Shown: in pieces, positions 1 to 8,880 of the stretch
How positions within the stretch are numbered: position 1 is the stretch's first letter
How the letters are laid out: each line of letters starts with the position of its first letter
From: Shigella phage Tf
Sequence record: OR980947
Length of the DNA: 64,000 nucleotides
Strand: one strand, 5' to 3'
The notes under the pieces: model-generated
Database searches by the model: none
What the model saw: only the letters and a program-made list of their open reading frames with translations
Told to the model about the DNA's origin: nothing
Translations under genes and position numbers: made by a program

Positions 1-74
1 GGGCTTATAGTTCGATAAAGTAAGCCCCAGATAAAGAGCTTTACCACTAAATCCTTAAACTAGGAGATTCAAAA
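1..74 (+). repeat. early-gene upstream module copy a (hairpin + ccactaaat + ccttaaactaggagattcaaa)
   Basis: shares ccactaaat-ccttaaactaggagattcaaa with copies at 931, 1699 and 2288. Confidence 0.6.
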
Positions 75-617
75 ATGAAATGCTTTCACGGTACTACTCA
101 AGAAAACTTCACCAACCTGATTAATAACGGTGATAAGCCATCAGGTGCATGGAATTGTTCGGATATGGATGGGAATTTTTACGTTTATCCGGAAAATAAA
201 ATCTATGGCAACGATGCGGAAGAGATAGCATCTGAAGGTATCCAGCAAGCGTTAGGCAATGCCGCTATCACCGCAGCTTTCCAGATGAAAACTCAAAACA
301 TTGTTATCTTGGAACTTGATATTCCAGAAGATGACCTAAATGATGATTATTCTTGTGATAATATGGCTGGCGTAGCAAGTTTTACAGAATACTTCGATTT
401 AAATTGGATTAAAAAGGTTTACATCACTGAATTTAATGCTATGTTTTCACCATTTTGTCTGCCTTCACTGGATAACCCGAATTTGAACTATCTTGATGAG
501 TCTCTGGAACTTCTCGCTAAAAGTGTTCAACAGGTGGACAGTATTCAGGTTTTTTGTGACATCATGGACACACTGACAGAAAACATTACAGAAGAGGATT
601 TAAAGAGCTTTTTCTAA
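75..617 (+). CDS. hypothetical early protein (180 aa)
   Basis: ORF-track ORF; AGGAGA RBS 8 nt upstream; preceded by repeated early module; no motif recognised. Confidence 0.5.
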   Translation: MKCFHGTTQENFTNLINNGDKPSGAWNCSDMDGNFYVYPENKIYGNDAEEIASEGIQQALGNAAITAAFQMKTQNIVILELDIPEDDLNDDYSCDNMAGVASFTEYFDLNWIKKVYITEFNAMFSPFCLPSLDNPNLNYLDESLELLAKSVQQVDSIQVFCDIMDTLTENITEEDLKSFF

Positions 618-649
618 AAACCTATGCAATCACCTTATAAACACTGATT

Positions 650-670
650 AGCCCCTTCTAGGGGCTTTTA
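650..670 (+). terminator. rho-independent terminator-like hairpin
   Basis: agccccttctaggggct followed by ttt. Confidence 0.45.
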
Positions 671-683
671 GGAGGCTTAAATC

Positions 684-917
684 ATGCTTACAACCGTTTA
701 CCTCATCCTTTCCATTTGTAACGGTCATTCATGTGATTTTAAAGGGCTTGAGGAGTTTACAGGGAGTAAAGAAAACGCTATTCAGGTTTGTCAGATAGCA
801 AGACAAGACTACCCCGCCAGTGATGATATAAAATGTTACTTTAAGACAGAAGACAGCGACGGCGTTTATTTTGACAGTGTTGACGGGCAAGATGAAATTA
901 TCATAGAAAAAGACTAG
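684..917 (+). CDS. hypothetical protein (77 aa)
   Basis: ORF with AGGAGG RBS directly after terminator-like hairpin. Confidence 0.45.
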   Translation: MLTTVYLILSICNGHSCDFKGLEEFTGSKENAIQVCQIARQDYPASDDIKCYFKTEDSDGVYFDSVDGQDEIIIEKD

Positions 918-930
918 ACAAGCCTGATAG

Positions 931-1006
931 AAATCTGTAAATTGTCAATTAACGGGGAGGGAATGACCTTCCCCACTAAGTAAAGTCCTAAACTGGAGTT
1001 TTCACA
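931..1006 (+). repeat. early-gene upstream module copy b
   Basis: aaatctgtaaattgtcaattaacggggagggaatgaccttccccactaagtaaagtcctaaactggag; near-identical to copy at 2288. Confidence 0.65.
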
Positions 1007-1153
1007 ATGTCAAATGCAGTTGAAACGGTTTTTAACAATCCGGTATTTTCAGAGATGACTTTCTCGTTTATCATGATGTTACTTGTTAAAACCATGAAAA
1101 AGGCCGAAAAATTACACTCAAAGAAAAAAGCTATTGCAAACCGTTTTAAGTAA
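1007..1153 (+). CDS. small hydrophobic protein (48 aa), not in ORF track
   Basis: ATG at 1007 preceded by the same conserved taaactggag module as neighbouring genes; translation MSNAVETVFNNPVFSEMTFSFIMMLLVKTMKK... has a hydrophobic core. Confidence 0.35.
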   Translation: MSNAVETVFNNPVFSEMTFSFIMMLLVKTMKKAEKLHSKKKAIANRFK

Positions 1154-1168
1154 AGCTATAGTATCAAT

Positions 1169-1203
1169 CAAGCCCACTTCCTAAACTGGAGATTCAAAAA
1201 AAA
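1169..1203 (+). repeat. early-gene upstream module copy c (3' part only)
   Basis: cccacttcctaaactggagattcaaaaa immediately before ATG 1204. Confidence 0.55.
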
Positions 1204-1545
1204 ATGGCTTATGTAACCGTAGTAACCGATAAGGTGGATTCATCTTGGTCAACTCAAGTAAGTGACAAGATGTCACCTATGCAGTGCCTAAAATACTTTG
1301 AACAGTGGAATAAAGGCGAGGACACAAGCCCCTTTCAAGTGATGCAGATTATCCATGTAAGTAAGGAAGGGACTAAAACGGTTTTAAATAGTGAGTACTA
1401 TGCAACCAGATTTGAGACGAGATGTAAAACGATGAAACTATTACGTGAATCCGGCTATACTCATATTGCCGCGCTAATCTGGGATGATTTGCTAAAAAGT
1501 CAGCGTATCAGTTACGTAAAACCTGAAAAAATATTCATCAGTTAA
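1204..1545 (+). CDS. hypothetical early protein (113 aa)
   Basis: ORF; conserved upstream module ctaaactggagattcaaa then ATG. Confidence 0.5.
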   Translation: MAYVTVVTDKVDSSWSTQVSDKMSPMQCLKYFEQWNKGEDTSPFQVMQIIHVSKEGTKTVLNSEYYATRFETRCKTMKLLRESGYTHIAALIWDDLLKSQRISYVKPEKIFIS

Positions 1546-1577
1546 TCAATAACTTACAAAAAACTTTCAAAAAAGTG

Positions 1578-1606
1578 TTGACAATGCCCCTTGACATTGG
1601 TAATGT
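1578..1606 (+). promoter_or_regulatory. sigma70-like promoter (TTGACA-17-TAATGT)
   Basis: aaaagtgTTGACAatgccccttgacattggTAATGT; consensus -35 with second TTGACA inside spacer. Confidence 0.5.
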
Positions 1607-1698
1607 TGTTCGAGGGGGTTTATCTTAAAGGGATTCACTTAAAAGATTCTTTATAGATAAGCTTAAAAAATTGCTTGCAATCAGATATCAAAACAAGT

Positions 1699-1766
1699 AA
1701 ATTACTAATCAACGGGAGGTCATTACCTCCCCACTAAATAAAAGCCCTTAAACTAGGAGATTCAAA
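1699..1766 (+). repeat. early-gene upstream module copy d
   Basis: aatcaacgggaggtcattacctccccactaaataaaagcccttaaactaggagattcaaa; hairpin arms changed in a compensatory way. Confidence 0.65.
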
Positions 1767-2297
1767 GTGAACAAGTTCAAAGCCATCAATTACATTCGTT
1801 CAAATGCTGTAATGTCTAAGCCTGTTAAAGATACCTATGAATTTCGTTGTAATGGGGTACACTTTGCAACCATTACCAAATCAGAAAACGGGGTTTATTA
1901 CGTCCATCGTCGTAATGTTGCAACCGTTGTAGTCCGTCACTTTATGCAAGCTGTAGCGGAACTATTACCGCTATTCTTAGAAATTTACTTGGATGAGTGT
2001 AAAAACGTTCACAATCACGTTAAAAACCTTTTAAATAGTTATAAAATGGCTTATGAGCGTTCTATCAAGTCATTGAACAAGTTTTATAAAGCCCCTGTAA
2101 ACACTGTTTCAATGGCTTACAATGTAAGCGGTGAGTTGGTTAGTCTCTTCGAAGTGGAAGAAATCGAACTATATAACTCACGTCCTAGCGGTTACTCTAA
2201 GACACTGGGAGAAGGCTTATCTTTCAATATCAAGAACTTAGAAAAAACTTTAAAAGATATTGAAAAAGATATTGACGAGACAATAAAAAATCTGTAA
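1767..2297 (+). CDS. hypothetical early protein (176 aa, GTG start)
   Basis: ORF; conserved upstream module with AGGAGA RBS; sigma70-like promoter at 1578. Confidence 0.5.
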   Translation: MNKFKAINYIRSNAVMSKPVKDTYEFRCNGVHFATITKSENGVYYVHRRNVATVVVRHFMQAVAELLPLFLEIYLDECKNVHNHVKNLLNSYKMAYERSIKSLNKFYKAPVNTVSMAYNVSGELVSLFEVEEIELYNSRPSGYSKTLGEGLSFNIKNLEKTLKDIEKDIDETIKNL

Positions 2298-2377
2298 ATT
2301 GTCAATCAACGGGGAGGGAATGACCTTCCCCACTAAATAAAACCCTTAAACTACTTCCTAAACTGGAGATTCAAAAA
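2288..2377 (+). repeat. early-gene upstream module copy e
   Basis: aaatctgtaaattgtcaatcaacggggagggaatgaccttccccactaaataaaacccttaaactacttcctaaactggagattcaaa. Confidence 0.65.
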
Positions 2378-2626
2378 ATGGCAACTATCCGCGCAATTGT
2401 AAATTCTTATGGCTGCTACACTCTGGACGTTAAATTTGATATAGGCGGGACTGATGAGTGTTTCGAACTGGTGAAGACGGTCATTAAACAAGTTATCCCA
2501 GATTATAACCCTACTGATGACTTCTGGAAAGATGCTGTAAAAGAGGCATTAAACGACGAGCATCACTATCATTACTGGGGTGACTTGATTGTTTCCCTGT
2601 ACTACAATAAACAAGGTTACAACTAA
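2378..2626 (+). CDS. hypothetical early protein (82 aa)
   Basis: ORF; conserved upstream module; followed by two hairpins and a T-run. Confidence 0.5.
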   Translation: MATIRAIVNSYGCYTLDVKFDIGGTDECFELVKTVIKQVIPDYNPTDDFWKDAVKEALNDEHHYHYWGDLIVSLYYNKQGYN

Positions 2627-2666
2627 TCGACGCAACGGGGCTAAATAGCCCCAGATACCTTTATAC

Positions 2667-2693
2667 AGCCCCTTTCCCATAGGGGCTTTTTTA
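2667..2693 (+). terminator. rho-independent terminator ending the rightward early block
   Basis: agcccctttcccataggggc + tttttt; preceded by second hairpin ggggctaaatagcccc at 2637-2652. Confidence 0.65.
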
Positions 2694-2699
2694 CGTCTT

Positions 2700-3400
2700 A
2701 TCAAATCCTATACAATCCTTTTCCTTTCCTTTCCAGAATCTATCCCACTGATTCGATAGAATCTATCTCGTACCTTAAAAGCAATAACTCTATAGCTTAC
2801 TCTATAGCCCCTTATCAAATCAACTTAAATAAAAGCCAATAACCCCAGAAAGGGGATGGCCCATTAATTGGTATTGTTACCAATCCCTAAAACGCTCTAT
2901 AAAGCTCTATAACAGCCTTATCAACCTAACTTAAGGGATTGCATTACCTCACCCTTAAAAGCCCTTTATAAAGCTTCTGAGAGCCTTAAAAGAATCTTAT
3001 AAGGGTGTAAGCTTATAGGCTGATTAGTATCTTGTGAATGGTTAAACAATCCCTTGATAGTCACTAAAAAGTATGTTATAGGGGCTTAAAAGTTGCTTAA
3101 AAGTAGCTTAAAAGTTACTTCAAAGTTACGTAAATGCTAGCCCCCTTAACATTTTCTTAACAATTTCTTAACAAACCCTACATAGTTATGCTTGTTAGGA
3201 ACTTGTCAGCACCTTGTTAAATCTTTGTTAAAACCATGTAAAAACCTTGTAAGAACCTTCGACATAGCCTTAAAAGCTCCTGTAAAGCCCTATAAAGAGC
3301 TATCCATACAGTTGAGGGGTAAATACTAGGGAGAGCCTTAAAAGAGCTTACAAGGGGCTATAGAGAGCTTTTAAGAGGTATGTTTAAGAAGTCACTAAGA
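2700..3400. repeat. array of CTTAAAAG / CTATAAAG / CTTATAAG-type short repeats in ORF-free region
   Basis: many copies, e.g. ttgcttaaaagtagcttaaaagttacttcaaag (11-bp phasing), gccttaaaagctcctgtaaagccctataaagagc. Confidence 0.7.
2865..2888. promoter_or_regulatory. palindrome-containing site taattggtattgttaccaatccct (copy 1), operator-like
   Basis: inverted repeat ttggta..taccaa; exact 24-nt duplicate at 3516-3539. Confidence 0.45.
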
Positions 3401-4260
3401 AGCAAAGGGAACGATAAGACCAGAGATAGTGACCATGTTAATAGCTTGTTAAAAAGATTAAACACTTGTTAGAGACTTGTTAATTATCTTAACAAAATAA
3501 CTCCTAAAAATTAACTAATTGGTATTGTTACCAATCCCTGTTAGCTCTTGTTAGTCATCTGTTAAGAAACTATAAAGACCATGTATCGACTGTTAAGAAC
3601 TTGTTACACCCTTGTTAGTTCTGTTAAGAATCTGTTAAGACCTTTGGAGAGATGTTAAGAGCTTGTGAGAACTGTTAAGAGATTGTTAAGGATATTTTAA
3701 AATTTTGCAAAGGGGATGTTAAGGAGCTGTTAAGGGCTACCAAGCAGATATACATCCTAATCAGATATTTTCAGTTCCTTCAAAGACCCTAAAAAATGAC
3801 TTGACAGTCCTATTTTATAAAAATTTTAAGATTCTGAATAATTACCTATACAGCCTTTTAAAAATACAGGTAGAAACAGGCTTATAAGATACCTTGTTAG
3901 TACCGTGTTAGACCTTGTGAGATAAGGTCTGTAAAGATATTCCTGTTAAGTTTGTTAAAACAGTCTATATAGAGGCTTAGTAAACCTAGTGAACACCTAT
4001 AGAGAGTGTCATAGGTAACATAATGGGTTACTGTTAAGTAACACAGTTAACCTAGAGATTAAGAGGTGTATAGAGGCTTCTAAGAGCGTATAGAGGGATG
4101 GTTAAGGTGATTGTATAGGTTGTTAAGAAGGCTTGTTAGAAGAGTGTTTAGAAGGGCTATACAGAGGGGGCTATTAAGACCACTAGATAGTTACTAAGAT
4201 ACTATATAGTACTATATAACTATATAGAGAGTAAGATTAAGAAGGTTGTTAAGAAGGATA
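3130..4260. repeat. array of (C)TTGTTA / TGTTAAG(A) repeats at about one helical turn spacing
   Basis: roughly 35-40 copies, e.g. cttgttacacccttgttagttctgttaagaatctgttaagacc and gatgttaagagcttgtgagaactgttaagagattgttaagg. Confidence 0.75.
3516..3539. promoter_or_regulatory. palindrome-containing site taattggtattgttaccaatccct (copy 2)
   Basis: exact duplicate of 2865-2888. Confidence 0.45.
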
Positions 4261-4344
4261 GATATTTTATTCACATATGATGGTGACCCAGAGGTTGGGA
4301 CAACCGATAAAATTTTATAAAAATATAAATTTCGTAAATTTTAC

Positions 4345-4374
4345 TCAATAAAAAGCCCCCGATTAAGGAGGCTC
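4345..4374 (-). terminator. rho-independent terminator (minus strand)
   Basis: minus-strand agcctccttaatcgggggct followed by ttttt. Confidence 0.5.
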
Positions 4375-4384
4375 TTAAGATATT

Positions 4385-5062
4385 TTAAATCAGTGTTTCC
4401 AGAACTGTTTTTAGGGATGACTTGGTTGTCTGATAAAAATGAGTAAATCCATTATTGTTATCAAATACCTGCATCATGATATCATCTCCCTTGATTGGGT
4501 AAACTCGGATATCATAGTGAAAACCATTAAAGACACAAGAACCACTACAGAATGCTCTAAAGTCACTTGCTGAGATATACTCTTCATGACCTGTGATTTT
4601 TATACAAACACCTTTACTCGGCCTCTTAGGGTTGATATCTTCCATCACAGACATACTTTGTCCACCAAGAGATACCATAGTGACCACTTTACGATTCTGC
4701 TGTTTAACATACATCTCAAGTTTCTTCAAAGTATCTTCATAGAACGGATAAGACTTCTTGACAAAGATACCATCAAGTGGTTCTTTACAATCTTCCATAC
4801 GTTCATTATAAAGCTTGCTAGTAATACTATTAAGAGAGAGCTTCTCATCATCTGTCAAATATGTGTTGATATCATCCAGACTAAGTACCAGATACTTTCT
4901 TTCAAGTTCAAACTTTTTCATATCTATTAAGTCCTGAAAACATTTCTTAGTAATTGCTTCCCATTCTTCGGAGTTCTTCTTCTTCCTCCTCTTCAGATGG
5001 GGAACCATATCTTTCAAGTTCATCCAATTCATCCTGCGAAGGTGTCCCGTAAGATTCTTCAT
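4385..5062 (-). CDS. hypothetical protein (start uncertain)
   Basis: ORF-track ORF; terminator-like hairpin just downstream on minus strand. Confidence 0.4.
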   Translation of the reverse strand: MKNLTGHLRRMNWMNLKDMVPHLKRRKKKNSEEWEAITKKCFQDLIDMKKFELERKYLVLSLDDINTYLTDDEKLSLNSITSKLYNERMEDCKEPLDGIFVKKSYPFYEDTLKKLEMYVKQQNRKVVTMVSLGGQSMSVMEDINPKRPSKGVCIKITGHEEYISASDFRAFCSGSCVFNGFHYDIRVYPIKGDDIMMQVFDNNNGFTHFYQTTKSSLKTVLETLI

Positions 5063-5227
5063 CGTACAATTTCATAGTGTGGTATAGAGTAAGTTTTATT
5101 TCCAGATGACATGGCTAAATCTTCTTTAGTAGAGTTATCCAGTATTGCTTTACGAACAATTTCTTTAAGTTTCATTTTCACTACCTTGTTTGGTTAAGAG
5201 GGGCTATCAAGTAACCCCTTCAAGATT

Positions 5228-5455
5228 TTACTCAGAATCCTCAGATTTCTTTTCAGTCTTCTTCGTTTTCTTTTCAGCTTTCTTCTCAACTTCTGGTTTT
5301 GATTCTACAGTAGCTTCAATAGCAATGTCCAGAAGTTTTGAAAGGTCAGCTTTAAGAACCGTTACAGGTTGTTCATTGTAGTAGTTCTTGTCAAGGTGCT
5401 CTTTCAGTTCGTTCAGAGAGCTAAAGCCGAATGGCTGGATAGGTGTCTTAATCAT
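5228..5455 (-). CDS. hypothetical protein with lysine-rich C-terminus (75 aa)
   Basis: ORF-track ORF. Confidence 0.4.
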   Translation of the reverse strand: MIKTPIQPFGFSSLNELKEHLDKNYYNEQPVTVLKADLSKLLDIAIEATVESKPEVEKKAEKKTKKTEKKSEDSE

Positions 5456-5531
5456 TACTTAGTCTCTCCATAGGCATCTTTTAAGATTGCCTTGTTAATC
5501 ATTTCAGAGATTGCAAAACGAACACATACAG

Positions 5532-6065
5532 CTATAATTGTAGGTTGCATTCTTTACTTACCTCTTCAAGTTTAACCTCAGAGTCCTTGAGTCGTTTCTT
5601 ATGAACTCTGAATCTCATTAGTGAGATGATGATACCAGCTAAAGGAACAGTATACAAGTACCAGATATCATGTACCTTTGCAGTAATCTGCGTAATGGTT
5701 AAGTCTTGAGCTATGGAACTGATTGCTGATACTGCCAGTAATGTTGCTAGGAAAAATGCCAGTACCATAACAATGCTTAGGCAGCCTCTGGCATGGTGTT
5801 CATGCTTAATACACTTGTTCTTTTCGTCAACAACCCTGTTGTAGTCATTTGTAAAGTCTCTGTAGAAGGCTTTCAAGTATTCTTGACTGTAGCCTTCAAA
5901 GCAACCTGTACCGTACCAATAATCACCACCAAAGTGTGCTATGATACCAGTATCTCCGTTTGGTTTAGTTACTCTTAGAGAGACGTGATGACCAGTCTTC
6001 TGATAATCTATCTTATATCTTTCTTCGTAAATCATTTTCCAACCCCTCTCAATCGTTTGTTCCAC
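5532..6065 (-). CDS. hypothetical membrane protein
   Basis: ORF; long hydrophobic segment (LSIVMVLAFFLATLLAVSAISSIA) and second hydrophobic stretch. Confidence 0.45.
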   Translation of the reverse strand: MEQTIERGWKMIYEERYKIDYQKTGHHVSLRVTKPNGDTGIIAHFGGDYWYGTGCFEGYSQEYLKAFYRDFTNDYNRVVDEKNKCIKHEHHARGCLSIVMVLAFFLATLLAVSAISSIAQDLTITQITAKVHDIWYLYTVPLAGIIISLMRFRVHKKRLKDSEVKLEEVSKECNLQL

Positions 6066-6250
6066 TCAAGGTCAACAAGTCTTTGCAGGACTTTCCCTCT
6101 AGGTGTTACACCTTTTAAATCTGCATCGTAACAATGGTAAAAGTCACCTTCAGCATGTTTACCATAGCATTTTCTGATATTCTGGCTTCTGCGATACTGT
6201 TCTAACAAGGACAGTTTGTAGTAATCTTCAACTGTAGTTAGTTTTTTCAT
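6032..6250 (-). CDS. hypothetical protein (72 aa)
   Basis: ORF-track ORF overlapping neighbours by a few codons. Confidence 0.35.
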   Translation of the reverse strand: MKKLTTVEDYYKLSLLEQYRRSQNIRKCYGKHAEGDFYHCYDADLKGVTPRGKVLQRLVDLEWNKRLRGVGK

Positions 6251-6792
6251 TCTTTCACCATAGCGTTTCTGAACTGACGTTGAGTCTCTCTTGTAATTTC
6301 GTTTGGAGTAAAGCCAGCTTTTAACATATGTCTGAAAAGATGCTCTAAGTGATTCTCTTCAATAATATAAGTAGTCTTTGTAACTGATGTTTTAAGTTCA
6401 TCTAAGTTGCTATGTAGCTCCTTACACTTACTGGTAAGTTCTGTATCAACTCTCTTAAATACTGGCATCAGATGTGTATGACCACCTTTAGCAGCATCCA
6501 TGAAAAATTTAAAAGATTCTTCAGAGTCCTTTAAAGCAATCCCTATAAAGTTCTTGTAAACACCTGTGAAAGCTAAAGACTCAATCTCAGCAGTTGAGTA
6601 TACAGTCCCTGCGCACAGTCTTGCAGAGGTACTAAATGTGTGGTTTGGTGTTGTGTCAAAGTCTAAGTTCTTCAGTGGTCGAAAATAAACTGTACCATTG
6701 TGTGATATGTGTGTTACAACAGCCTCAACACTCTTCGAAGGGTTCTGTTTCACATACAAAATAATTTTATCGTGCTCTTTCACTTTAGCCAT
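6247..6792 (-). CDS. hypothetical protein (181 aa)
   Basis: ORF-track ORF, tightly packed with neighbours. Confidence 0.45.
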   Translation of the reverse strand: MAKVKEHDKIILYVKQNPSKSVEAVVTHISHNGTVYFRPLKNLDFDTTPNHTFSTSARLCAGTVYSTAEIESLAFTGVYKNFIGIALKDSEESFKFFMDAAKGGHTHLMPVFKRVDTELTSKCKELHSNLDELKTSVTKTTYIIEENHLEHLFRHMLKAGFTPNEITRETQRQFRNAMVKE

Positions 6793-6864
6793 ATCTACTC
6801 TCCAGAAACTAAAAAGGGAACTACCTCTCGATAGCTCCCATCATAGTCAATATTGTATACTCGG

Positions 6865-7446
6865 TCAAGAGTATTTTTTAGGCAGTAATGCACTGCGCTT
6901 GTTACTCTCTTCACTCAATAGTGCGATAAATTCATCACCTTTACCCTTCCACGGGCTGAATGTCGGAATGTGCTCTCTGATAGCATCAATCACTGTTTTA
7001 AGGGCGTTGTTCTTTAACCACCAATCAGATACCGCTGAAGCTACAATGTAATAAGCACCGTCATCTGTGAAGATTGGCTCAGAGATACATGGTGAAATCA
7101 TAGTGGTAATGATAGAACCATTATTCATGTAGTATGTTCTTTTTTCAACCTTATCAAGAAGTTTATGAAGGTCTGCAAAGAGACTTACCACATCTTTATG
7201 GTCAATATCTTTTTCAAGATTTGCTCTGTATTTCAGTAGTGCAGCATCAACCTCTTTATCATTGAATTTGAAGTATTGGACTTCTTCATTCACGCATACA
7301 CTGATGTTGTTAGTGTTTATCGTCAATTTGCACAGTTTGACTGGAGAATTGATGTTGGTCTGAAAAAGTGCTACACAGCCTTCTACATTTCCAAAATGTT
7401 TGACTAATGTAACTTCTGGTTGGATATGCTCATGTTCTTCTGACAT
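6865..7446 (-). CDS. hypothetical protein (193 aa)
   Basis: ORF-track ORF. Confidence 0.45.
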   Translation of the reverse strand: MSEEHEHIQPEVTLVKHFGNVEGCVALFQTNINSPVKLCKLTINTNNISVCVNEEVQYFKFNDKEVDAALLKYRANLEKDIDHKDVVSLFADLHKLLDKVEKRTYYMNNGSIITTMISPCISEPIFTDDGAYYIVASAVSDWWLKNNALKTVIDAIREHIPTFSPWKGKGDEFIALLSEESNKRSALLPKKYS

Positions 7447-7790
7447 TACAGTTTCCTCATTAAATACTTTTTAAGTTGTGTGTTAGGTTTCTCAAAAACT
7501 TCTATAGAAGATATCTTAACAGATTCACCACGCATACCTGTATGTTTGAATATATAGTACTCTAACATACCTATATACTTTGCTGGTAAGTCATACTTGA
7601 CATACACCGTTACAGAATCTTCAAATTCAACAACCTTTGTACCATCTTTGTAGTTAAACTCTTTAGGATGGTCGTAGTTGTCGATATCGTACATTAAAAA
7701 GAGTCTTTTCCGTTGCATATCAAGCTTATTTGTTAAAGACTCTTTTATATCTGAGAAGTTTTTGTACACTGTGACATGGAGCTTACTCAT
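7446..7790 (-). CDS. hypothetical protein (114 aa)
   Basis: ORF-track ORF; stop/start overlap with neighbours. Confidence 0.45.
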   Translation of the reverse strand: MSKLHVTVYKNFSDIKESLTNKLDMQRKRLFLMYDIDNYDHPKEFNYKDGTKVVEFEDSVTVYVKYDLPAKYIGMLEYYIFKHTGMRGESVKISSIEVFEKPNTQLKKYLMRKL

Positions 7791-8076
7791 CGTTAAACTC
7801 TCTGACGAAGAAATAGTTGACTTTATTATTACCTACCATAAGGTCAAAGCAGGTATTCTCAAAAGGCTTGTTGTAGGCATCGTATGAAACATATGGGTCA
7901 GCCACTTGCTTAGTGCTTAACTTCTTACTTGATGGATTTAAGAGGCCACCATACAGATTCTTGATAGCCTCTTCTACAACAGACCAGATGATTTCGTCAG
8001 TAATTTCTTCGTACAGGTCAAGTTCACGCTCTAGTGAGAAGTCACAAATAGGGAAAATAACCTGTACTTTACTCAT
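7783..8076 (-). CDS. hypothetical protein (97 aa)
   Basis: ORF-track ORF. Confidence 0.4.
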   Translation of the reverse strand: MSKVQVIFPICDFSLERELDLYEEITDEIIWSVVEEAIKNLYGGLLNPSSKKLSTKQVADPYVSYDAYNKPFENTCFDLMVGNNKVNYFFVREFNDE

Positions 8077-8477
8077 TAGCGAATAACCTGTGTTACCTGA
8101 ATAGCTTCAGTTACGGACAAGTCACCCACTTTCTCTTCTTTGATAAAAGTGAAGGTGAGTTCAACAGGTTCTTCTTCTTCTTCTTCTTGCTCAACTGGAA
8201 CACCATTAAGCTCATCAAAGATTGATTGGGTTGTCCAGTCTTCACCACCATCTGGGTAGTGGATTGCATACAGAGGTAACTCTAAATTATACCAAGCAAA
8301 AACAGGACAACCATCTACATCATCTCGACATCTGTGTAGATATGAGTTTGCACCTTCAAAATGTAAATACAGATTACCACTCTTCTCATAGATAATCGCA
8401 TCTCGCAGGTCTAATTCTTCATCTCCACTATAACGGCTAACATCGACTTTAACTTTAATCTGATTGATATTATTCAT
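8076..8477 (-). CDS. hypothetical protein with poly-Glu stretch (133 aa)
   Basis: ORF-track ORF; EEEEEEE run. Confidence 0.45.
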   Translation of the reverse strand: MNNINQIKVKVDVSRYSGDEELDLRDAIIYEKSGNLYLHFEGANSYLHRCRDDVDGCPVFAWYNLELPLYAIHYPDGGEDWTTQSIFDELNGVPVEQEEEEEEPVELTFTFIKEEKVGDLSVTEAIQVTQVIR

Positions 8478-8868
8478 AAAAACCTCTCTCTGCTAGTTTT
8501 ATCTTTTCTTTGAGAGTTTCACAACGCTCTATGTGGTATTTTGCTTCACACTCATGGGTTGCTAACTCTCTTTCAAGTAGAGTTTTATAATAACCTGACA
8601 ATTGCTCTGCTGTCAATGGGTGTTCAGAAATAATATCTAATCCACTCTCTCCAAGAGGGTTGAACCGACCGTACTCATCTACTTTGTAAATCTCGAACCT
8701 GAAAAACCCATTCTTAGCACGGGTAATAGGTGATAGTTCAGATAACTCTACAGTGAACTTTGTAGAAACCTCATCACCGCTTACTACAATCTGGCTGCCA
8801 ATAATCCTCACCATTGAGCCATCACGAGTGTACTTAAAAGTTCCAAAGTCACTAGCCCAAAGCTTCAT
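8470..8868 (-). CDS. hypothetical protein (132 aa)
   Basis: ORF-track ORF. Confidence 0.45.
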   Translation of the reverse strand: MKLWASDFGTFKYTRDGSMVRIIGSQIVVSGDEVSTKFTVELSELSPITRAKNGFFRFEIYKVDEYGRFNPLGESGLDIISEHPLTAEQLSGYYKTLLERELATHECEAKYHIERCETLKEKIKLAERGFYE

Positions 8869-8880
8869 AGTTTTCTCCTT

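Noticed and set aside
2700-4384. Possible CRISPR array in the repeat-dense region
   Set aside because: The repeats are only 7-11 bp, degenerate and contiguous or phased at one helical turn, with no 25-40 bp direct repeats separated by unique spacers and no cas genes nearby.
4586-4930. Plus-strand ORF antisense to the minus-strand gene 4385-5062
   Set aside because: Entirely nested antisense within a longer ORF, with low-complexity translation; the gene block here is uniformly leftward.
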